A stretch of DNA of 40,249 nt from a virus (taxonomy: Duplodnaviria; Caudoviricetes): IMG/VR virus record IMGVR_UViG_3300017747_002969, positions 1 through 40,249 of that record. One strand, given 5' to 3'. Every line of letters starts with the position of its first letter. Within the stretch, counting starts at the first letter, position 1. This document shows, piece after piece, positions 1-8,857 of the stretch. The position numbers and the translations under genes are program-made. The notes beneath the pieces were generated by a model. That model worked only from the letters and a program-made list of their open reading frames with translations. It was not told the DNA's origin and made no database searches.

Positions 1-123
1 CGATCAACGTGACCGCCGAAACGGGAGCGATCGTCTAGTGCGTATCCTGATCGGAGCCGACCAGAGGGTTGCCGACTTCGTGGCTCACGCTACGGGGGAC
101 CTTATGACGAGCCCCTTCCGCAC
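1..123. repeat. Terminal direct repeat, copy 1 (circular assembly overlap)
   Basis: 1-123 is identical to 40127-40249. It spans the end of the nozzle gene and the start of the GNAT gene, so the genome closes into a circle. Confidence 0.97.
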
Positions 124-481
124 CATAGGCATCTGGAATGAGCGGGGAAGGCTCGTGGGCGGCCTTTGCCTCAACGGCTACACCGGGGCGGGGATAGAGC
201 TTTCCGGGGCTGGCAAAGCCATCTGCCTGCGTTCTGTACGGCAGAAGCTGTGCGACCTCGTCTTCGGGTTCTTGGGCTGCCGCCGCATGGGCATCACGGT
301 ACGGAAGTCCAACAAGCGGATGCGGGCTCTTGCTCCCCGCCTTGGCTTTAAATTCGAGGGCATCGCTCGCGGCTATTATGGCAACGAGGACGGCCTCGTG
401 CTATCCCTGCTCATCAACGAGGCCCTTGAGCACGGCCACTGGACACCGATGGAGGCCTCCCGTGGGTCCGAAGCCGCCTGA
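38..481 (+). CDS. GNAT-family acetyltransferase-like virion-module protein
   Basis: C-terminal GNAT motif (ITVRKSNKRMRALAPRLGFKFEG..RGYY). The GTG overlaps the TAG of the nozzle gene; this position after the nozzle is typical of podoviruses. Confidence 0.8.
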   Translation: MRILIGADQRVADFVAHATGDLMTSPFRTIGIWNERGRLVGGLCLNGYTGAGIELSGAGKAICLRSVRQKLCDLVFGFLGCRRMGITVRKSNKRMRALAPRLGFKFEGIARGYYGNEDGLVLSLLINEALEHGHWTPMEASRGSEAA

Positions 482-1517
482 TCCCGCTCAGACCGCTCAA
501 GCGGCGCAGGACATAAACCGCTCCACTGCCGTCACGCAGGCGGGTCTTGGGATGACCAACCAGCAAACCCCGTGGGGGTCGCTGGAATACACCCAGAACG
601 GCACATGGGCGGACGGGACTCCTCGCTTCAACGCTAACCAGACCCTCAGCCCTCAGATGCAGGGGCTCTATGACCAGCTCATGGGCGCGGCCGGTACTGC
701 GGCGGGGAACATCAATCAGCCCATCAACGCCCCGGCCCTACAGACGACGCTCGACACCTCAGGGCTCTCTCGTCTCCCGACCGCTGACGACTACAGCGCT
801 GACCGCCTTAGGGTAGAGGATGCCATCTCGGCCCGCCTCAATCCCCAGCTACAGGCAGGGAGAACGAGCCGGGAAACGGACCTCTTCAATCGTGGCGTCC
901 GTCCGGGCACGGAAGCCTATGACCGCGCGATGGGGCTCGTGGGGCAACAGGAGAACGATGCCCGCCTCCAGACCATCCTGGCCGGTGGGCAGGAGCAGTC
1001 CCGCATGTTCGGGGATGCCCTGGCCGGGAGACAGCAGGGCTTCGGGGAACTCGCCACGCAGGGCCAGTTCAATAACGATGCCCAAACGGGGATGTTCGGG
1101 ATGGGCCTCCAAGCTCGTTCCCAGCCCATCAACGAGATTGCCGGCCTCATGTCGGGCTCGGGGGTGCAGAACCCCGGCTGGACCTCCACGCCGCAGCCGG
1201 GCGTCAACGGAATTGACTACGCCGGCCTTGTCCAGAACCAGTACCAGCAGCAGCAGCAGCGGCGGCAGAATATCCTTTCGGGGCTGTTCGGACTTGGCTC
1301 GACGGTGGCGGGTGTGTTCTCGGATCGTCGCCTCAAGAGCAACATCGAGCGCATCGGCACCCACCCGATAGGGATTGGACTGTATTCCTACGACATCAAC
1401 GGCGCACGGGCTACCGGCGTTATGGCTGACGAGGTGATGGAGGTCATGCCCGAGGCTGTTATTTTGGACCCGAGCGGCTACTATCGCGTCGTCTATTCCA
1501 TGCTTGGGGAGAAGTGA
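462..1517 (+). CDS. Internal virion/DNA ejection protein with C-terminal peptidase S74 (intramolecular chaperone) domain
   Basis: Start re-called to GTG 462 (GGAGG at 451-455; MGPKPPDPAQTA). Gln/Gly-rich body, then SDRRLKSNIERIG...GVMADEV...PEAV...GYYRVVY, the S74 signature. Confidence 0.75.
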   Translation: MGPKPPDPAQTAQAAQDINRSTAVTQAGLGMTNQQTPWGSLEYTQNGTWADGTPRFNANQTLSPQMQGLYDQLMGAAGTAAGNINQPINAPALQTTLDTSGLSRLPTADDYSADRLRVEDAISARLNPQLQAGRTSRETDLFNRGVRPGTEAYDRAMGLVGQQENDARLQTILAGGQEQSRMFGDALAGRQQGFGELATQGQFNNDAQTGMFGMGLQARSQPINEIAGLMSGSGVQNPGWTSTPQPGVNGIDYAGLVQNQYQQQQQRRQNILSGLFGLGSTVAGVFSDRRLKSNIERIGTHPIGIGLYSYDINGARATGVMADEVMEVMPEAVILDPSGYYRVVYSMLGEK

Positions 1518-2006
1518 ATGCTCACGCAAGCGCGACTGCGAACCCTGCTGACCTATGACCCCGAAACAGGCGAATTTAGATGGCGCGTCCAGCGCGGCGG
1601 TAAGCCAGTGGGAACGGTGGCTGGCACTCTAAGGGACAATGGCTATCTTCAGATAATGATCGACAGGGTGTGCCGGCGGGCACACCGGCTGGCGTGGCTC
1701 TATGTAGTGGGGGAATGGCCCGTCGGCAGTCTCGACCATATCGATGGCGATCCGCTCAACAATCGTATAGCCAACCTACGGCTAGCGGACGGCACACAGA
1801 ATAATGCTAACGCCAAGATGCACCACACCAATAAGTCTGGCCATCGGGGCGTACACTTCGATCGGTCGCGGGGGAAGTGGGTGGCCTACATTAGTGCACA
1901 CGGCCGGCGACGGCATCTCGGCTATTTTGACGACATAGCCGCAGCGATCGCTGTGCGGCGCGCAGCGGCATTAGAAGCATTCGGCGAATTCGCAAGGTTC
2001 CACTGA
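1518..2006 (+). CDS. HNH homing endonuclease with AP2 DNA-binding domain
   Basis: LTYDPETGEFRW; AHRLAWLY; LDHIDGDPLNNRIANLR (HNH_3); SGHRGVHF..KWVAYI...HLGYF (AP2). Confidence 0.93.
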   Translation: MLTQARLRTLLTYDPETGEFRWRVQRGGKPVGTVAGTLRDNGYLQIMIDRVCRRAHRLAWLYVVGEWPVGSLDHIDGDPLNNRIANLRLADGTQNNANAKMHHTNKSGHRGVHFDRSRGKWVAYISAHGRRRHLGYFDDIAAAIAVRRAAALEAFGEFARFH

Positions 2007-3793
2007 TGGCAATCGGAGATGGCCAGATGCTCGGGCGCGTTCGGTCGTACCTGACCGAGCCGATGTTTGCTGGGACCCCCGGAATGTCACCGGAGGATGT
2101 AGCGCGTCGACGCGCCTTGGCTGAAGCCCTGTGGTCGCAGGGAACGGGGAATGAGCCCGTTACCTCAATCTTCGGCGGCGTCAATAACATGCTCAAGGCG
2201 TTTCTTGGTGGACGGGGGATGCGGCAGGCCGAGGGTTCCGACCAGTTCCTTCGGGGTCAGGCCGAGCGGGAAGCCGAAGCGGCATCTCAGCGCAACCGGG
2301 ATATGCTCAGCGGCCTCACGGGCCCGCTTTACCCCTATGATGGCCGCCCGACGCAGGGGAACGCAGACGCACAGTTCGGTGCTCCTGCCGCTGCCGCGCC
2401 TGCCCCGCAGCCCGGCGACATGCTTAGGCGGCCAGAGGCGGGCTCTGATGCCGTATCGAGCGGCCTTCGCCTTCTCGACCAGTTCGAGGGCTTCTCAGCC
2501 GCCCCATACGATGACTGGTCGTATCGGGCGGGGACCAATGAGCGGTACAACAGCGGCCAGCGGATTGGCTACGGCCAGACCATTCCCGGCCTCCAGAGCA
2601 TTACCCGCGAGCAGGCTCAGGCCCAGCTCGGCCAGCAGATCACGACCGAGTACATCCCGTCCATCGTCCAGACGATTGGCCCGGAGCGGTGGTCGTCCTT
2701 CACCCCGGACCAGCAGGGAACGCTTATCTCGCTGGTGCACAACTACGGCAGCCTCCCCGGTCGCATAGTCCCTGCCCTACAGAGTGGCGATCCGGCTGCG
2801 GTGGGACAGGCTATCTCTGGCCTCGCCAACGATAACAACGGCATCAATCGCAATCGCCGGACAGCGGAAGCGGCATTCTGGACGGGTGGGGCCAATCAGC
2901 AGCCGTCAGGCGCTCCGACCGCACAGAACCCGATAAGTCCCATCATTCGTGGCCTCATCAACAGCGGCGATCCTCAGGGCCTCGCCATGGCACAAACGCT
3001 GCTACAGGAGCGGCTTGCCCAACTGGCAGCGCCCCCGGCTGCTCCCGAGCCGTTCACCCTTGGGGCGAATGATGTACGGTACGACGGGCAGGGGAACGAG
3101 ATCGCTCGCAATCCCGGCCAGCCGGAAGCCGGCTACCATGTGATGACGCCCGAGGAGTTGGATGCCAACTTCATCCCGCGCCCGGCGGCTGGGGAGGCTC
3201 CCTACCAGATGGGGCCGAACGGCCAGATTAGCCGCATCGGTGGCGGCGGCGTCACGATCAATAACGGGACGGTGGACGAGCGGCGCTACGCCCTCCTCTA
3301 TCGCACGGCACAGGACGAACTGCCGATCCTTGAGCAGACATTCGCATCGCTTGGGAACCTTGGAAACCAAGCCGCAGCCGCTCTGCCGCAGGCCATAGGT
3401 AACTTCCTTGTCAGCGATGATTACCAGCGCGCCCTCTATGCGGCAGGGGCGATCATTCAGGCGCAGACTTACGCCATGACCGGCGCCGCCGCTCCTGAGG
3501 CGGAAGCGCAGCGTCTTATCGGGTTGATGATGCCGAAGGTCGGCGATGGTCCCGAGGCCATCGCTGACAAGTGGAACCGCATCCAGCGCGCCGTCTATAA
3601 CCTCGGTATGTACAGCGACATCGGGGCTGCGACTCCCGGAGGCTTTACGTCGCCGCAGAACCCCGGCCAAGCTATCGTGCCACCTCCGAGCACCATGGGC
3701 GGGGCGGTCGCGCCGGATGGTACGATAGTCCAGATGCCTGACGGAACCCAGCAGATCAAGCAGGGCGGCGTGTGGGTGCCCTATGGCGGGTAA
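2006..3793 (+). CDS. Internal virion (ejection) protein with lysozyme-like muralytic domain
   Basis: Central FEGFSAAPYDD...IGYGQT...ITREQAQAQL...QQGTLISLVHNYG...NRRTAEA resembles GH24 phage lysozyme. Lies in the ejection-protein cluster. Confidence 0.75.
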   Translation: MAIGDGQMLGRVRSYLTEPMFAGTPGMSPEDVARRRALAEALWSQGTGNEPVTSIFGGVNNMLKAFLGGRGMRQAEGSDQFLRGQAEREAEAASQRNRDMLSGLTGPLYPYDGRPTQGNADAQFGAPAAAAPAPQPGDMLRRPEAGSDAVSSGLRLLDQFEGFSAAPYDDWSYRAGTNERYNSGQRIGYGQTIPGLQSITREQAQAQLGQQITTEYIPSIVQTIGPERWSSFTPDQQGTLISLVHNYGSLPGRIVPALQSGDPAAVGQAISGLANDNNGINRNRRTAEAAFWTGGANQQPSGAPTAQNPISPIIRGLINSGDPQGLAMAQTLLQERLAQLAAPPAAPEPFTLGANDVRYDGQGNEIARNPGQPEAGYHVMTPEELDANFIPRPAAGEAPYQMGPNGQISRIGGGGVTINNGTVDERRYALLYRTAQDELPILEQTFASLGNLGNQAAAALPQAIGNFLVSDDYQRALYAAGAIIQAQTYAMTGAAAPEAEAQRLIGLMMPKVGDGPEAIADKWNRIQRAVYNLGMYSDIGAATPGGFTSPQNPGQAIVPPPSTMGGAVAPDGTIVQMPDGTQQIKQGGVWVPYGG

Positions 3794-6023
3794 CCAGTTC
3801 ACCGACCTCCCCCCGGGCGCAACCGTTGTAGCACCCAACTATACCGACCTCCCTCCGGGCGCTGTGATCCAGCCGGGCGTTAACCTTCGTCGTCCTGCGG
3901 CTGGCGCTCCCCTCGGTCATCGCGACTGGTGGGACCAGAACGCAGCCCGTCTTGGCCTCCCTGCCAATCCTACCTCACTCAACGAAATTGAGCAGGCTCG
4001 CCAGCAGTTCGACCCGGAAGGCTTCGCCGCGTTCAACCAGTCGGGACAGGGGCAGATATTCAACGAAGCCCCTCGCATCTTCAGCGACCCGAACAACGAG
4101 CGCGGGCCGGCAGGGGCGGGCGAAACCGAATGGTCGCCTGAGGCGCAGGGCCAGAACATCCCTATTACGGGGTTTGCTCAGTTTGGCCGCGCGGTAAGGC
4201 ATGGGGCGACCCTCGGCTATGATGACGACATCGCCAAGGCGCTCGGCGGGAATGGCGAACTCATCAACCAACTTTTGGCGGGCTATCGCACGGCCGACCC
4301 GATGGCGGCGGCTCTTGGCGAATTGCTCGGCGGTGCTGCTACATCGGCTATTCCGGGCGCATGGGCTGCACGAGGAGCGACGACAGCATCGAGGGCGTTC
4401 CGCGGCCTTGGCGTAGGCACTGGCGTAGGCGCAGCGCAGGGCGCAGGGGAGGCGGAAGGCACAGTTGGGGACAGAGCACAGGCGGCGCTCATCCCTGCCC
4501 TTGCCGGGGGCGCTACAGGGGCTCTGATCCCCCTTCTGATGCGTGGCACCCGGATGACATCCGCAGGCAACGAGACGGAGGCGTGGAAGCTCCTCGCACG
4601 GAACAACGCGGCCACCCCAGCCGACATCAACGCCGCCGAGCGGCTGATGCAGCAGTCGCAGGGAACGGTCCCGCTTACATGGGCCGAGGCTCTGTCTCAG
4701 GTCACGAATGGCCGCGTTAACCTCGCACCGATCCAGCGATTTGCCGAGCAGTCCACGGGCGGCAGTCCCATCATGTCGGCGGCGATGGCAGATCGACCGG
4801 GACAGGTACAGGCGGCGATGGGTTCACGCGCTCCCCGCATCGGTCCAGCCATCGACCCCGCCGTGTTGGGCGGCACTATCCAGCGTGCGGCCGAAGGAGA
4901 GATTGAGCGGGTTACGGACGCTATCAACGCCGCCACGAGGGGGCTCTACCGCTCGTCGGCCTCCACGCCAGCAGACCCAGCAGCGTTCGCCGCATTGCAG
5001 GCTGACCCGCTCTTTGCTGCGGGGCTGCGGGAGCTTCGGGACTCGGACACACTCGCTCGCATGATCGACGGCTACCCTGACAATAGCGTGCAGGTTTTGG
5101 ACGCCGTTGCTCAGTACCTGGAGCGGAGCCGGGCCACCCGGTCAGCGGTGGCTGGCGACAACCTGTCGGCCACGATCCAGAGAGGCGTTGCGGACGACGC
5201 CCGCGCCGCTGCTACGACCGCGTCCCCGCAATACGGGCAGGCTCGGCAGCAGCAGGCCATCATGCGCCGCACTGACCTTGAGCCCCTTCAGCAGGGGCCG
5301 ATTGGGGCGATGTCCGAGACGGCTGACGTGTCGCGGCAGCTTAACACCCTGTTCGCTCGTTCCCCGCTGGAGTCGTCCGACAAGGCCATCGGAGACGCCG
5401 TTTCGCGGTTGGCTGCGGCTGACCCTGACGCCGCATCGGCTCTGGTACGGCAGCACATCGTCAGCACCTTCAACGAGTCCACGCGGGCTCTACAGGGTGG
5501 CGGGAACCAGTTCGGCGGTGCCAACTTCGTCGCCGACCTCTTGGGCAACTCCCAGCAGGCGCGGAACCTTCAGGCCGCCGTTACCGCGCTCCCGAACGGA
5601 CAGAACACATGGGCTGGCCTTCGCCAGTTTGCCGACGTGCTCGAAGCGACGGGGCGTCGCGCTCCTGCCAACTCGGCCACGACGTTTAACCAGATGCTCA
5701 GGGAACAGGCCAGCCGGGGCGGTGGCGTCGGGAACCTGATTACCCTCCTCGCCTCCCCAGGCAAGGCAGCGTCGGCCGTCCGGTCGTGGTATGCTGATAT
5801 GAGGCTCGGGCGGAATGGTGCCGCTCTGGCTGAAATCCTGACCAACCCGGACAACGCCGCCCTCTGGCGTAGAATGGCTATGGGGGGATCACAGACGGAC
5901 CTTGAGGAGATCGCTCTGGCCCTCATCAACTCGGCCGGTGGCGGCGCCGCTCCGTTGGCCTACTCCGGGTCATCATCGAATGATGCGCTGATCCAGCAGC
6001 TTATGGGCGGGGCCAATAGATGA
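3783..6023 (+). CDS. Large internal virion/DNA ejection protein
   Basis: 746 aa, Ala/Gly-rich and helical, with an N-terminal (F/Y)TDLPPGA tandem repeat. Synteny with podovirus ejection proteins. Confidence 0.65.
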   Translation: MAGNQFTDLPPGATVVAPNYTDLPPGAVIQPGVNLRRPAAGAPLGHRDWWDQNAARLGLPANPTSLNEIEQARQQFDPEGFAAFNQSGQGQIFNEAPRIFSDPNNERGPAGAGETEWSPEAQGQNIPITGFAQFGRAVRHGATLGYDDDIAKALGGNGELINQLLAGYRTADPMAAALGELLGGAATSAIPGAWAARGATTASRAFRGLGVGTGVGAAQGAGEAEGTVGDRAQAALIPALAGGATGALIPLLMRGTRMTSAGNETEAWKLLARNNAATPADINAAERLMQQSQGTVPLTWAEALSQVTNGRVNLAPIQRFAEQSTGGSPIMSAAMADRPGQVQAAMGSRAPRIGPAIDPAVLGGTIQRAAEGEIERVTDAINAATRGLYRSSASTPADPAAFAALQADPLFAAGLRELRDSDTLARMIDGYPDNSVQVLDAVAQYLERSRATRSAVAGDNLSATIQRGVADDARAAATTASPQYGQARQQQAIMRRTDLEPLQQGPIGAMSETADVSRQLNTLFARSPLESSDKAIGDAVSRLAAADPDAASALVRQHIVSTFNESTRALQGGGNQFGGANFVADLLGNSQQARNLQAAVTALPNGQNTWAGLRQFADVLEATGRRAPANSATTFNQMLREQASRGGGVGNLITLLASPGKAASAVRSWYADMRLGRNGAALAEILTNPDNAALWRRMAMGGSQTDLEEIALALINSAGGGAAPLAYSGSSSNDALIQQLMGGANR

Positions 6024-7222
6024 CCTACACCATTCAGTCAGGCGACACGCTCAGCGCCATCGCTCGACGCCATAACACGACGGTTGAGGCTCTGGCCCGG
6101 GCGAACAACATCGCCAACCCCGATCGCATCCGGGCCGGTGATAGCCTCGTCATCCCCGGAGAAGCCCCGTCCACGCCCGATAGGGTCATGGAGCCGACCA
6201 CCGGGATAGCCCCGCCGCGCCCCCGTCCGGCCCGTCCTGCCGATAGCGTCCCGCTGCCGCGCCCGAACCCGCAGCAGCTTGATCCGATCCCGCGTCCCCG
6301 CCCTGAGCCTCTCTCCTCTGGACCGATGCGCTCAGGCACCCTACAGCGCCCGCAGCCCGCTCCGATGATGCAGCAGGGACCGGGAATGGTACCGGGCGCT
6401 CCCTCCCTGCCCAATCCGGCTATCCCGGTAGGTGCTGAGGCCAATCGGTCGTGGTCGGCTGACCCACGCAACGTCTCGACCAACCCAGACGCCTACGCTG
6501 GCCTTCAGGGCTCCCGCTTCACCGCTAACCCGCCCGAGCGAGCCCCGTTCGTCCCCGGCGCTAACGGGATGCCCAACTTCGCCGCCATGACCATCCCAGA
6601 GCTTCAGCAGGCGGCCGGGAACATCGCAGCGTTACCTCCTGAGGCTCTCGCTGCCCTTGGGGATGCCATCGACCAGAAGCAGGCTGAGGCCACACAGGCC
6701 TACGAGACGAACCGCCGCTCTCCGCAGATGCAGGAGGTCGAAGCCTTCCGCCGCTCGATGGGCGTCGAGATGCGACCGAACCCGGCCCAGCCGGTAGAAC
6801 GGTCGATCGGGGAAGGTGAGTACCTTCCGCAGGAACAGCAGCTCATCATGGCGTTGCGGGGGAACCAGAGCCAGAACCCCCAGGCCAACACCATGAGCCC
6901 GCCTAACGGGTGGCCCACGATGGCAGCCCCGCCCCCGCCGCCTACTGGCCCGGTCGGCCAGGAGCAGTGGGGGAATGTTCCGCCTCCTATTCCCGGCCAG
7001 ATGCCCCAGCCTCCGAACGGTGGGCTAGGCGCTCCCCGCTCCATGCCGGGCCAGTTCGGCCTACAGGAGCAGCCGGGAGCCATGCCGACGATGGGACAGG
7101 GCGAGGCTGGGAACCCCGTCCTTGAACTGCTGATGCAGCTATTGATGAACGGCGGGGCACAGCAGACAGGTGGCGGGACGCTGGTTCCCGCCTTGATCCG
7201 ACAGCTCCAAGGGGCTCGATAG
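6020..7222 (+). CDS. LysM-domain protein with long Pro/Gln/Met-rich low-complexity region (probable virion protein)
   Basis: N-terminal YTIQSGDTLSAIARRHNTTVEALARANNIANPDRIRAGDSLVIP is a canonical LysM. ATGA overlap with the upstream gene. Confidence 0.85.
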   Translation: MTYTIQSGDTLSAIARRHNTTVEALARANNIANPDRIRAGDSLVIPGEAPSTPDRVMEPTTGIAPPRPRPARPADSVPLPRPNPQQLDPIPRPRPEPLSSGPMRSGTLQRPQPAPMMQQGPGMVPGAPSLPNPAIPVGAEANRSWSADPRNVSTNPDAYAGLQGSRFTANPPERAPFVPGANGMPNFAAMTIPELQQAAGNIAALPPEALAALGDAIDQKQAEATQAYETNRRSPQMQEVEAFRRSMGVEMRPNPAQPVERSIGEGEYLPQEQQLIMALRGNQSQNPQANTMSPPNGWPTMAAPPPPPTGPVGQEQWGNVPPPIPGQMPQPPNGGLGAPRSMPGQFGLQEQPGAMPTMGQGEAGNPVLELLMQLLMNGGAQQTGGGTLVPALIRQLQGAR

Positions 7223-7223
7223 C

Positions 7224-8258
7224 ATGGCAGTTCCAAACATTTTCGTCGCCGGTACGGTCATTGACCCGGACGCGATGAATGAGAACTTCGACTACGTCCT
7301 CACCCAGACCTCAGACGCCCTTCTTCGGGACGGCTCGGTCGCCATGCTGGCAGGGCTCCCGCTCTATGCCGGCACGCTTGCCCTTCCCGGCCTGACCTTC
7401 TCGGGAGACACCAACACCGGCCTCTATCGTTCCGCAGCCGATACATTCGTCTTCGTGGCAGGTGGTGTTGCCCAGATGACCGTCTCGACGGCGGGCGTCT
7501 CGGTCACGACCCCGTGGGGCATCGCCTCTGGCGGTACGGGTGCCATCACGGCTGCGGCTGCTGCTACGGCTCTCGGGCTGGGAACGGGAGACAGCCCCCA
7601 GTTCACGGCAGTGAACATCGGGGCCGCCACGGATACCACCCTCGCCAGGGTGAGCGCTGGCGTCCTTTCCGTCGAAGGGGTGAACATCCTCACTACGGCC
7701 ACCGGACAGCCGCTGGACGCCACCCTGACGGCTCTGGCGGCCTACAACACGAACGGGCTGCTTACGCAGACGGCGGCGGATACGTTCACCGGCCGCACCC
7801 TCACGGGGACGGCCAACCAGATCACCGTCACGAATGGGGACGGCGTCTCGGGCAACCCGACGCTTTCACTCCCGACCACTTTGACCATTACCACGGCAGG
7901 AGCGTTTACCACCGGAACGATCGAACTGGGGGCGGCAACAGATACCACTATCAGCCGCGTGTCGGCAGGCGTCATCGCGGTGGAGGGTGTGACAGTCCTC
8001 ACCACGTCGGTAGTTCCGACATCGTCTACGTACCCGGTCAACTTCTCAGCCTTCCTTGAATACACGTCCAACACAGCCGCAGCACCGGGGGACACGACGA
8101 GCGGCGCCAACCTTAAGACGGCAGTCGGCCGCGTTACCGTGAACGAGTTCATGCCGGGCGTTGGAGCGGTGCAGACGGGGACGTGGCGCAATGACAGCGG
8201 CGTTACGCAGGATGCCAACGGTTCGTATAACTACGGTCAGTGGACGCGGACGGCATAA
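7224..8258 (+). CDS. Tail fibre/spike-like virion protein
   Basis: Thr/Gly/Ala-rich beta-type sequence; PGLTFSGDTNTGLYR motif common in phage fibres; internal duplicated GAATDTT..RVSAGV..VEGV unit. Confidence 0.7.
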   Translation: MAVPNIFVAGTVIDPDAMNENFDYVLTQTSDALLRDGSVAMLAGLPLYAGTLALPGLTFSGDTNTGLYRSAADTFVFVAGGVAQMTVSTAGVSVTTPWGIASGGTGAITAAAAATALGLGTGDSPQFTAVNIGAATDTTLARVSAGVLSVEGVNILTTATGQPLDATLTALAAYNTNGLLTQTAADTFTGRTLTGTANQITVTNGDGVSGNPTLSLPTTLTITTAGAFTTGTIELGAATDTTISRVSAGVIAVEGVTVLTTSVVPTSSTYPVNFSAFLEYTSNTAAAPGDTTSGANLKTAVGRVTVNEFMPGVGAVQTGTWRNDSGVTQDANGSYNYGQWTRTA

Positions 8259-8269
8259 CCCGCTATGGT
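8241..8269 (+). promoter_or_regulatory. Putative sigma70 promoter for the exported-protein/lysis unit
   Basis: TGGACG (8241-8246), 17-nt spacer, TATGGT (8264-8269). Confidence 0.45.
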
Positions 8270-8335
8270 AGTCGAGGCAGGCAGGCGTTCGACGCGCCCA
8301 CCTGCCTCATCCACCAGTCGAAAGGAACTCGACCA

Positions 8336-8857
8336 ATGGCTGCCTTCAAGACTACCACAGCCGCTGCGCTGGCGCTAACCATCGCCCTTTCCTCCCATGC
8401 CGCAGCCGAAACGGCGGCGGACTTCCTCCGCGCGTTTGACGGCAACTGGCAGGGGACAGGCCAGAGCCGAACGAACTACGGCAGCCCCTACGTCCCCGCC
8501 GAGTGCTGGATCGACCTGGATTGGACCCTGCAAGGGCTTCGGTCGAATGGGGAATGTTCCGGGGCACGTCGGACATTCCAGGCGGGAGGGATGGTTCAGG
8601 CTGACGGGGCCGATCTGGCAGGTACGTTCCTGTCTCCGTATTTCGCAAGCATGGTGTGGTCTTCACCGCGCGTTGAGGGCGGCAATCTCGTGGTCTACTC
8701 GGCCCTTGCGGCCGGGGAGGTTGTCGAGGCCCGCATTGAGGTAACGCCCCCGCGCAGCGATGGCGGCCCCCGGTTTATCGAGATGCGGACGCAGGTGCGG
8801 GTTGACGGGCAGTTTCAGGACGTGGCCCAAATCCGGTTGGTGGAGGTCGGGCAGTGA
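8336..8857 (+). CDS. Secreted beta-rich protein with Sec signal peptide
   Basis: Start re-called to ATG 8336 (AAAGGA SD). MAAFKTTTAAALALTIALSSHAAA signal, then a DGNWQGTG lipocalin/beta-barrel-like start. Confidence 0.7.
   Translation: MAAFKTTTAAALALTIALSSHAAAETAADFLRAFDGNWQGTGQSRTNYGSPYVPAECWIDLDWTLQGLRSNGECSGARRTFQAGGMVQADGADLAGTFLSPYFASMVWSSPRVEGGNLVVYSALAAGEVVEARIEVTPPRSDGGPRFIEMRTQVRVDGQFQDVAQIRLVEVGQ

Noticed and set aside
1-123. End repeat as a biological direct terminal repeat or att site
   Set aside because: It begins inside a coding region and spans a gene junction, as expected for an assembler's circular overlap; physical termini cannot be inferred.
1242-1260. CAG run as a phase-variable microsatellite
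   Set aside because: A short in-frame triplet run encoding poly-Gln in a Gln-rich protein; slippage would not shift the frame.
7224-8258. Diversity-generating retroelement acting on the paralogous fibre tips
   Set aside because: No reverse transcriptase is present, and the two tips differ throughout rather than only at adenines.
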